Shown here: piece after piece, positions 56,621 to 64,000 of the stretch
How positions within the stretch are numbered: position 1 is the first letter of the stretch
Layout: the number at the start of each line of letters is the position of its first letter
Source of the DNA: Gammaproteobacteria bacterium
Lineage (GTDB): Bacteria; Pseudomonadota; Gammaproteobacteria; Ga0077536
Reading direction: 5' to 3'
NCBI GenBank assembly: GCA_038116745.1
Contig: JAYODW010000008.1
Coordinates: 25,094-89,093 of the forward strand
DNA length: 64,000 nucleotides
Notes under the pieces: generated by a model
Seen by the model: the letters and a program-made list of their open reading frames with translations, nothing else
The model's database searches: none
Told to the model about the DNA's origin: nothing
Made by a program: the position numbers and the translations under genes

Positions 56621-57193
56621 ATGCAAACATCAATTACCCCGCCCGCACTCGCGCGAGTGCTGATCGCCTGCTTCCTTATATTGACCAGCGGTCTCGTCTG
56701 CGCGGAAGGGCGCCCCGGTCTGGACGCTGACGTACACGAGGCCATCAAGGTTCTGAAGGAAAACAATCCGACGGCTGCGGCTCTGGCCAAAAGCGCACGC
56801 GGCGCCCTCGTGTTCCCCAATGTGACCAAGGCGGGCTTCATGGTTGGCGCGCTCTACGGCAACGGCGCCCTGGTCAAAGCTAAGCAGGAAGGCGGCTATT
56901 ACATCGACGAGTACTACAACATGTCGGCGGCATCCTACGGTTTTCAGGCCGGGATTCAGTCGTTCGGCTATGTGCTGGTGCTGATGACCGACGCGGCTGT
57001 CGAGAACGTGGAGACCAGCATGGGCTGGGATCTGGGCGTTGGACCCAGCATCGTAGTGGTCGACGCTGGCGTAGCGAAGACGCTCACCGTTGATACCGCC
57101 AAAGCAGATGTTTACGCGTTCACCTTCGGACAGAAAGGACTGATGGCCGGTCTTGGTCTGCAGGGCTCGAAAATTACCCGCCTCAGCAAGTAA
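56621..57193 (+). CDS. YSC84/SYLF lipid-binding domain protein
   Basis: VFPNVTKAGF.VG..YG.G.L, S.GFQAG.Q and GLMAGLGLQGSKI motifs. Confidence 0.88.
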   Translation: MQTSITPPALARVLIACFLILTSGLVCAEGRPGLDADVHEAIKVLKENNPTAAALAKSARGALVFPNVTKAGFMVGALYGNGALVKAKQEGGYYIDEYYNMSAASYGFQAGIQSFGYVLVLMTDAAVENVETSMGWDLGVGPSIVVVDAGVAKTLTVDTAKADVYAFTFGQKGLMAGLGLQGSKITRLSK

Positions 57194-57202
57194 CCCCATC
57201 CC

Positions 57203-57231
57203 GTCACCGATGGCATCCAGCCATCGGTGAC
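57203..57231. terminator. Perfect 12-bp hairpin after the SYLF gene
   Basis: gtcaccgatggc-atcca-gccatcggtgac, 9 nt after the stop codon. No U-tract. Confidence 0.55.
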
Positions 57232-57254
57232 CCGCGCTTAAGGAACCGCAGGTA

Positions 57255-57494
57255 ATGAAACGGCCTGAACTGCTGCTGGTGCTGGCTCTCTGGATCCCCG
57301 TTATGGTGCAGGCCGCTGAGCACGCCGCCGGGGGTTCCGCAAAAGACTACAGCTACCTTACGGAAGACCCTGCAGCTGCCGGCACCCGTTCCGACCGGTG
57401 CGCCAAACTGGCGCGCGAGGTCGAGGCGCTACGCGGCAAACCCCAGCGCCGCTATACGGCCGAGCAACGCTACGAGCTCGAGTGCACGCGCTGA
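57255..57494 (+). CDS. Small secreted hypothetical protein (2 Cys)
   Basis: AAGGA RBS, signal peptide ending VQA and a C...C pair. Confidence 0.65.
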   Translation: MKRPELLLVLALWIPVMVQAAEHAAGGSAKDYSYLTEDPAAAGTRSDRCAKLAREVEALRGKPQRRYTAEQRYELECTR

Positions 57495-57539
57495 CTTAAT
57501 CCGCACCGAGCAGTTGCCCGCGACCAGGGAAGGCCCAGC

Positions 57540-58520
57540 ATGAACGCCTCAGATGAATTCGCGCGTCTGCGTCAGCAGGTCTCCGCGTCCATTGTCGGTC
57601 AGACGCATATTGTCGAGCGCTTGCTCATCGGTCTGCTGATCAACGGCAACCTGTTGGTCGAGGGGTTGCCGGGTCTGGCCAAGACGCGCGCTGTCAAAGC
57701 GCTCGCCCGCAATCTTGATGCGGATTTTTCCCGCATTCAGTTCACGCCGGATCTCCTGCCAACTGACGTCACCGGTACTGAAGTACTGCACGACAGCGGT
57801 TCAACAAGGAACTTCCGCTTTGAGCCCGGTCCGATATTCGCCAATCTGGTGCTGGCGGATGAAATCAACCGCGCCCCAGCGAAGGTTCAGGCGGCGCTGC
57901 TCGAAGCGATGGAAGAGCGCCAGGTCACTGTCGCCGGAACCACTCACGCTCTGCCGCCCTTGTTCATGGTGATGGCGACCCAGAATCCCATCGAACAGGA
58001 AGGCACTTATCCGCTGCCAGAAGCGCAGATGGATCGCTTCGCCATGCATGTCATGGTCGACTACCCGGAAGCTGAAGCCGAAATAGAGATCGTGCGCCTC
58101 GTCCGCGAGGAAGAGCGCAACGGCGATGCAGCCAACAGCCAGCGCACTGCCGCCAGCCAGGTGGCCCAGGATGTCGTTTTCGCTGCCCGCAAAGCGGTAC
58201 GCGACGTCGAGGTCAGTCCAGCCGTCGAGCGCTACGCCGTAGACATCATCTTCGCGACCCGATTCGGCGCGCGTCTGCACGACGACCTCGGGCGCTGGAT
58301 CCAGGTCGGCGCCAGCCCCCGGGGCAGCCTGGCGCTCGATCGCGCCAGCCGCGCCCATGCCTGGCTGCAGGGAAGGCATCATGTCATTCCCGATGATATC
58401 CGTGCCGTTGCGCATGACTGCCTGCGTCATCGCCTGCAGCTGAGCTACGAAGCCAGCGCCGACGGCGTCTCCGCCGACGAAGTGCTGGACCTCCTCCTGA
58501 CGCACGTCGCAATCGGCTGA
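57540..58520 (+). CDS. moxR: MoxR-family AAA+ ATPase
   Basis: EGLPGLAKT, RIQFTPDLLP, LADEINRAPAKVQ and ATQNPIEQEGTYPLPEAQMDRF motifs. Confidence 0.95.
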   Translation: MNASDEFARLRQQVSASIVGQTHIVERLLIGLLINGNLLVEGLPGLAKTRAVKALARNLDADFSRIQFTPDLLPTDVTGTEVLHDSGSTRNFRFEPGPIFANLVLADEINRAPAKVQAALLEAMEERQVTVAGTTHALPPLFMVMATQNPIEQEGTYPLPEAQMDRFAMHVMVDYPEAEAEIEIVRLVREEERNGDAANSQRTAASQVAQDVVFAARKAVRDVEVSPAVERYAVDIIFATRFGARLHDDLGRWIQVGASPRGSLALDRASRAHAWLQGRHHVIPDDIRAVAHDCLRHRLQLSYEASADGVSADEVLDLLLTHVAIG

Positions 58521-58542
58521 CAGAGACAGACGCAGCCGGGCC

Positions 58543-59517
58543 GTGCGCTATCCCCGCTTCAAACGCCGGGAAGAAACCTCAGATCAGAATCTGCGAGGCG
58601 CCGCCATCAGCCTCGATGAACTCATGCGGCTGCAGTTTCTGGCGTCCGGATTCAGTTTCCTGCCGCGACAACCGGTGCACAGCGTTCTGAACGGCCGCCA
58701 CGCCTCGCGCCTGCGCGGCCGCGGCATTAACTTCGAAGAGCTCCGCGGTTATCTCCCGGGTGACGACATACGCGGGATCGACTGGAAAATCACCGCCCGC
58801 GCCGGAAAGCCCCACGTGCGCATCTTCAACGAAGAGCGGGACCGCCCGGTCTGGCTGCTGGTGGACCAGCGCGCCTCGATGTTTTTCGGCAGCCATAGCA
58901 ACATGAAATCCGTTACCGCGGCCGAGGCGGCGGCGCTCGCTGCCTGGCGCGCACTGGCCGGCGGAGACAGGGTCGGTGCGCTCGTGTTCAACGACGAGCA
59001 GCTGGTCGAATTTCCACCGCAACGTAGTCGGGCGCAGGTCGCGCGGATCCTTGCTGCCGTCTCGAACATGACCCATGCCCTGGTCAAGGCGGGACCCAGA
59101 GCTGCAGACAGCAGCATGATCAACCGGGCGCTGGAGCACCTGGGACGCCGCCTCAAGCACGATGCCCTGGTGTGCCTGATCGGCGATGGCCTCGGTCTCG
59201 ACGAATCGAGCCGCCGACTGGTAACCGGAATAAGCGCGCACAACGATGTGCTTGGTGTTTTCATTTTCGACCCCCTCGAACAGGAATTACCTGAGGGCGG
59301 ACGCCTGTCATTTGCCGACGTTCGTGGGCAGCTGGAGATGGATCTCGCCCGCAGTCGGGAGCGCGAGGCATTCAAGACTGACTTCGAGCAACGCGCCAGC
59401 TGGCTGCAGGGACTTGCGCAGCAGCATGCCATTCCCATCCTCACGTTGAATACGACCGAGCCGGTTGCTGCGCAGGTTCGCGCGCAGCTCGGCGGCACAC
59501 GGCGCGCCCGCCGCTGA
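58543..59517 (+). CDS. DUF58 domain protein
   Basis: GRGINFEELRGY.PGDDIR.IDWK.TAR and DQRASM.FGS motifs. Confidence 0.92.
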   Translation: MRYPRFKRREETSDQNLRGAAISLDELMRLQFLASGFSFLPRQPVHSVLNGRHASRLRGRGINFEELRGYLPGDDIRGIDWKITARAGKPHVRIFNEERDRPVWLLVDQRASMFFGSHSNMKSVTAAEAAALAAWRALAGGDRVGALVFNDEQLVEFPPQRSRAQVARILAAVSNMTHALVKAGPRAADSSMINRALEHLGRRLKHDALVCLIGDGLGLDESSRRLVTGISAHNDVLGVFIFDPLEQELPEGGRLSFADVRGQLEMDLARSREREAFKTDFEQRASWLQGLAQQHAIPILTLNTTEPVAAQVRAQLGGTRRARR

Positions 59518-59524
59518 ACCGGAC

Positions 59525-60007
59525 ATGGCGGACCAGAACTCACTTGCTCTCCTGCATCCGCTGGTAACCGCAGACCCGGTGCCCTGGTTTCCGCCGGCAC
59601 CCGGCTGGTACTGGCTGGGATCCCTGCTGGGCACGCTGGCGCTTTACCTTGCAATCAAACGGCTTCGCCAGTTCCGACGTGATGCTTACCGACGGGCGGC
59701 CCTCATGGAACTCAGCCGGCTAGCACAGTCCACAGAGCTGCAGGCTCTGCAAGCCCTGCTCCGACGCACTGCCATCATCGCTTACTCCCGATCTGAGGTT
59801 GCCAGTCTGACGGGGTCAGCCTGGTGGCGCTTCCTCGATGCGGCCAGCCCTGAGACGTTTTTCATCGCTGGCGGCGGCGAACTGCTCGACCGGGCTACCT
59901 ATCAGCCATCGGTCAAGCTCAGCTCGGATGAACAAGGCGCCCTGCTGTCAGCCTGCAGCCACTGGATCCGGCATCATGTCGCACCACAGGAGAGCCGGCC
60001 ATGCTGA
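59525..60007 (+). CDS. DUF4381 domain protein
   Basis: WFPPAPGWY, TM helix, YRRAAL and LTGSAWWRFLD motifs. Confidence 0.85.
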   Translation: MADQNSLALLHPLVTADPVPWFPPAPGWYWLGSLLGTLALYLAIKRLRQFRRDAYRRAALMELSRLAQSTELQALQALLRRTAIIAYSRSEVASLTGSAWWRFLDAASPETFFIAGGGELLDRATYQPSVKLSSDEQGALLSACSHWIRHHVAPQESRPC

Positions 60008-61011
60008 GCCTGGCCTATCCCTGGCTGGGCCTGTTGCTGCCCCTGCCCTGGCTCGTCCGCCGACTGCTCCCGCCGGTACAGCAAAGTCGCCCCGCTTTAC
60101 AGGTACCCTTTCTAGACCGACTTATCCGCATCTCCGGGCAGACCGTGCGCCGGGGCAGCAGCGTCCCCCGTCAGCCACTTCTATTGCTGACACTGTTGAG
60201 CCTCGCCTGGTGCCTCACCGTTCTCGCCCTCATCCGCCCGCAATGGCTCGAACCGCCGCTTGAGCGCGTGGAGCCTTCCCGCGCTCTGCTGCTTGCCGTC
60301 GACCTTTCCGGATCCATGGAGACCGCAGACTTCCCGCGCTCGGACGGTGCGCTCGCGCGACGCATAGATGGCGTTAAAGACACGCTGTCGGCATTCATCG
60401 AGCACCGCGAAGGCGACCGCATTGGCCTGCTTGTGTTCGGGACGCGCGCCTATGTACAGGTGCCTTTTACCGATGATCTCGATGTCGTTCAGGCACTGCT
60501 GGCCGAGATTGAACCGCGCACCGCAGGTCCCAGAACCGCGTTGGGCGACGCCATCGGCCTCGGTGTACAGCTGTTCAAACGCAGCGACCTCGAAGAGCAG
60601 GTCATGATCATCCTCACCGATGGGAACGACACGGGTTCGCAGGTTCCTCCGGAACGCGCTGCCGGGATAGCGGCGGAGCACGGCATCGTAGTGCACGCGA
60701 TCGGCGTCGGTGCAGCCCAGGCCGGCAGTGATGAGGGACTCGACGAAACTCTGCTGCGTCAAATCACCGGCATGACTGGCGGCAACTACTTCTCTGCGGC
60801 AGACGTGGTTTCGCTGGTCGGTGTCACCGAGGCGATCGATGCCATCACCCCGGATGAAGTCCGCCGGATCTCCTACCGACCGCGGCGCGAGCTGTTTCAG
60901 ATCCCTCTGGGCGCGGCCCTGGCTCTGGCCTTCCTCGCTGTGCTTTTCGACACGCCGCGACGCGCTGCCCGCGACAACCCGGCCGCTCCCCGATCCCAAG
61001 GTCAGACATGA
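60001..61011 (+). CDS. batA: BatA-like VWA domain protein
   Basis: YPW...LPLP, RPQW, DLSGSM (MIDAS), TALGDAIG and LTDG motifs. Confidence 0.88.
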   Translation: MLSLAYPWLGLLLPLPWLVRRLLPPVQQSRPALQVPFLDRLIRISGQTVRRGSSVPRQPLLLLTLLSLAWCLTVLALIRPQWLEPPLERVEPSRALLLAVDLSGSMETADFPRSDGALARRIDGVKDTLSAFIEHREGDRIGLLVFGTRAYVQVPFTDDLDVVQALLAEIEPRTAGPRTALGDAIGLGVQLFKRSDLEEQVMIILTDGNDTGSQVPPERAAGIAAEHGIVVHAIGVGAAQAGSDEGLDETLLRQITGMTGGNYFSAADVVSLVGVTEAIDAITPDEVRRISYRPRRELFQIPLGAALALAFLAVLFDTPRRAARDNPAAPRSQGQT

Positions 61012-61982
61012 GCAGCCTCGAAGCGTTCCATTTTCTGCGGCCGGCGTGGCTGCTGGCCCTCCTGCCAATCGGGTTGATGACGCTCTATCTGATGCGTGCG
61101 CGGCAGGATGCGCACGGCTGGAAACGGCTGGTCGCGCCGCACCTGCTGAGTCATCTGCTGGTCCAGACTGACGTGACTGCGCACAGGGCGCGGCCAGGCC
61201 TGTGGTTCGGCATCACCGGCGCGCTGGCCTGCTTCGCGCTTGCGGGACCAGTCTGGGAAACTCAACCAACCCCATTCGCGAGGGAAGATGCGGGTCTGGT
61301 GGTGGTGCTCGCCCTGACCCCCAGCATGCTTGCGCAGGACCTGGAGCCTAGCCGTCTCGCACGCGCGACCCAGAAAATCCAGAGTCTACTCGCTGCCCAT
61401 CCGACACGCCCGACTGCGCTGCTGGTCTATGCCGGGAGTGCGCATCGGGTCATGCCACTGACCCGGGATACGACGGTAGTCAGTGAGCTGCTCGGGACCC
61501 TGCGGCCGGACCTGATGCCGGTGCAGGACGGCAATGCGTCGCTCGCCGCACTCGATCTGGCGCTCGACCAGCTCGAGCAGCACACCGCCGCCGGATCCAT
61601 ACTCCTCGTAGCCGATGCCCTGGCGTCGCCGTCCGCAGAGGCTGCGTCGCGGCTGACCGCGCGTGCGCGCCGGCTCGGGACGGAGCTCCACATCCTCGCA
61701 ACCGCCGCCCCACCGGGCGGGTCTCCAATGTCCGCCGGCCCTGCCGCCCCCGCTTTGGATCGTGACGCGTTCCAGGCGGCGGCCAGCGCACTCGATGCGG
61801 ACCTGACTGAAATCACTATTGACGGACGCGACCTCGAACATCTTGAGCGCGGACTGCGGCGCTCACTGACAGCGGTCAGGAGCGACGACACCCGCTGGAT
61901 CGATCGCGGTTACGCCGTGACCTGGCTCGTCGCGCTATGCCTGCTGCCGTGTTTCCGACGCGGATGGCGAATAGCCGCATGA
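61008..61982 (+). CDS. batB: BatB-like VWA domain protein
   Basis: FHFLRP.WL, ALAGP.W, SM.A.D..PSRL.RA, YAG.AH..MPLT.D and C-terminal FRRG motifs. Confidence 0.85.
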   Translation: MSSLEAFHFLRPAWLLALLPIGLMTLYLMRARQDAHGWKRLVAPHLLSHLLVQTDVTAHRARPGLWFGITGALACFALAGPVWETQPTPFAREDAGLVVVLALTPSMLAQDLEPSRLARATQKIQSLLAAHPTRPTALLVYAGSAHRVMPLTRDTTVVSELLGTLRPDLMPVQDGNASLAALDLALDQLEQHTAAGSILLVADALASPSAEAASRLTARARRLGTELHILATAAPPGGSPMSAGPAAPALDRDAFQAAASALDADLTEITIDGRDLEHLERGLRRSLTAVRSDDTRWIDRGYAVTWLVALCLLPCFRRGWRIAA

Positions 61983-62620
61983 GCATTCCGCGCATCAGTC
62001 CGGAGCGGATCGCGCTTCTCATGGCCCTGGGTGTTGCGCTAGCCGGGACTCTTGCCGCCACTCGTAGCGGCTTTGCCGATTTTTTCTTTTCTCGGGACCA
62101 ACAGGGTGAATGGCTCGAGCGACACGGCAACCCCGGCGATGCAGCGAAACGCTACGCCGATCCATTCCGCGCCGGCGTGGCGGCCTACCGCGCGGGTGAT
62201 TTCAAACTCGCCGCGACGGCTTTTATGCGCGCGTCCGGCGGACCGGCGCACTTCAACCGCGCAAACGCCATGGTCATGCTGGGCGACTATCAGCGCGCGG
62301 TCGCGGCCTACGAAATGGCTCTTGATGTGCGTCCGGACTGGCGCGCAGCGCAGGAGAATCTGGCGCTCGCCCGACGCCGGCTGGCGCTCAGGCACCCCGA
62401 TGCCGATCCCGCTGAGCAGGGCAATCAACTGGAGCCGGACGAGATTGTTTTCGAGCAGGTAAAGCTGCAGAACGGTACCCCGACCGCTGAAGAGGCAGCC
62501 ACCAGCGCAGCCGAGCTCGAAGCGCTATGGTTACGCCGCTTGGATCCCAACCCCGCAGCCTACCTGCGCGCGCGCTTCGCTTATGACATCGCCAGGCGCG
62601 CGAACCAGGAGGCACCCTGA
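61979..62620 (+). CDS. TPR protein (BatC-like)
   Basis: DQQG, G.A.YRAGDF..A, FNRANA and W..A.EN motifs. ATGA overlap with the upstream gene. Confidence 0.82.
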   Translation: MSIPRISPERIALLMALGVALAGTLAATRSGFADFFFSRDQQGEWLERHGNPGDAAKRYADPFRAGVAAYRAGDFKLAATAFMRASGGPAHFNRANAMVMLGDYQRAVAAYEMALDVRPDWRAAQENLALARRRLALRHPDADPAEQGNQLEPDEIVFEQVKLQNGTPTAEEAATSAAELEALWLRRLDPNPAAYLRARFAYDIARRANQEAP

Positions 62621-63906
62621 TGCGACAGAAGCTCGCCGGAATACTGGCCTGGTGGCTGACGCTGACCTTTTTTTCTGCTCATAGCCACGCCGAGCTTGGA
62701 GCGCGTCTCGAGGCCACGTTCGCCGAGCCGGGGCCGTTCTGGACCGGACAGCGGATCATCGTGAACCTCGATTTACTTTCCGACGGTTTCCAATTCTCCG
62801 ATCAGCGCTTCGAGATCCCCGCACTCAGACACGGTCTCGCCCTGCCCCCCCAAAGCGCCACCCTGAACTTCACCCGCCGGATTGATGGCGCGACCTGGCA
62901 AGGACTGCGCTATGAACTATCTGTATTTGCCCTGCAGCCTGGTGCACTCGAACTGCCGTCGTTTCCCGTGCGGTTCAAAGTAGCGGCAGGTTATGGCACT
63001 CAACCTCAGGCGTTCAGCTTCGCAACCCCCGAGCTGAGTGCCCTGATCAACCAACCTCCCGGTATGCCCGCCGGGACGCCGGTGATCACCTCTACCCGGT
63101 TCGAACTCAAAATCGACCGGGAGCCGGACCAGACCCGTTTTACGGTGGGTAATGCGCTGACGCTGCACCTCACGCGGCGCGCGGTCGGCGTGCCGGGCGC
63201 AGCTTTTCCGGCCATACCCATGGAGAGTACCGAAGGAATATCCATACACATCGCTGCACCCGAGATCCGAGACCGTACCGACCGGGGTGCGCTCGACGGT
63301 TTCCGTCTCGACCGAATCACACTACAGCTTGAGCGCCCGGGTCGCTTCACCCTGCCCGGCTACACAGCGCATTGGTTTGACCCGGTTGCGCAGGTGTTGC
63401 ACACGGAAAGGCAGTCGGATTTCAGCTTTGAAGTAAGTCCCGGACCGGATGCTGTGGGCAGCGCCCCCGTCCCACCGCTCACCAGACGCGTGAACCAGCC
63501 GTTCGTGACCATCCTGTTGCTGAGCGGAATCGCGGCCCTCGGCTGGCGGCTGCTCGGCCCCGGAGTTCGACGAGCCTGGCGCGACCGACAGGCGCGTCGG
63601 GCCGCCAGTGAAGCCGGGCGTTACCGGGCCGTGCTGGCTGCCTGTCAGCGGAACGATGCCCGCGGCGCTGACCTGAGCCTCCTGCGCTGGATCCGGATTG
63701 CGGAGCCGGCATATCCCTGCGCCAGCGATTACGCTGCGCGCCACAGTGTGCGACTCGCGGAGGCTGTCGCCACGCTGCAAAGCGCCTTGCGCTCTCCCGG
63801 CACACCCTGGCAAGGCAGCGAACTCAGCACAGCCCTGGGCGCGCTCAGGCGCCGGCGGCAGAGCAGGCAGGAAAGCCCGGCGCTTCCGGCACTCAATCCA
63901 CACTGA
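62620..63906 (+). CDS. batD: BatD family protein
   Basis: Signal peptide, Ig-like repeats, WFD, C-terminal TM and a terminal LPALNP. Last gene of the MoxR operon. Confidence 0.82.
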   Translation: MRQKLAGILAWWLTLTFFSAHSHAELGARLEATFAEPGPFWTGQRIIVNLDLLSDGFQFSDQRFEIPALRHGLALPPQSATLNFTRRIDGATWQGLRYELSVFALQPGALELPSFPVRFKVAAGYGTQPQAFSFATPELSALINQPPGMPAGTPVITSTRFELKIDREPDQTRFTVGNALTLHLTRRAVGVPGAAFPAIPMESTEGISIHIAAPEIRDRTDRGALDGFRLDRITLQLERPGRFTLPGYTAHWFDPVAQVLHTERQSDFSFEVSPGPDAVGSAPVPPLTRRVNQPFVTILLLSGIAALGWRLLGPGVRRAWRDRQARRAASEAGRYRAVLAACQRNDARGADLSLLRWIRIAEPAYPCASDYAARHSVRLAEAVATLQSALRSPGTPWQGSELSTALGALRRRRQSRQESPALPALNPH

Positions 63907-64000
63907 ATGCGCGGCAGCCAGGGAATGAAACCATGGCCGCTGTGCTAGCCTTGCGGCCTCAGCCCGCAGCAGGCTGCTTCTACCCGTCAGCGAAAAGGAA

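Overview
A GC-rich, densely coding bacterial window. Gene content (TonB receptor, OMF, two-partner secretion, KdsC) indicates a diderm, probably a proteobacterium. No CRISPR array, rRNA, integrase or transposase was seen. Blocks: (1) 121-11868 (-), a compact 10-gene catabolic operon with biotin carboxylase, BCCP, two paralogous pyruvate-carboxylase-type carboxyltransferases with altered active sites, a stand-alone phospho-His swivel protein, a 730-aa unknown/Rv1126c-like fusion, an APH-type kinase, two crotonases and a beta-rich unknown. This is the best candidate for an undescribed phosphorylation/carboxylation pathway. (2) 12-28 kb, oxidoreductases, a TonB receptor with acidic loop insertions, a priming glycosyltransferase-PilZ pair, an RRM protein and an unusual tRNA-Arg(UCG). 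(3) 28.5-34.7 kb, a two-partner secretion pair whose TpsA ends in a pre-toxin TG-like domain with no toxin or immunity gene. (4) 34.6-47.7 kb, mixed enzymes and a pair of unknown genes. (5) 48-63.9 kb (+), an AI-2E/OMF/HlyD/DUF2955/small K-channel cluster, a large secreted protein, a SYLF protein and a complete MoxR-DUF58-DUF4381-VWA-VWA-TPR-BatD operon. All family calls come from motif recognition by eye, not from database searches.
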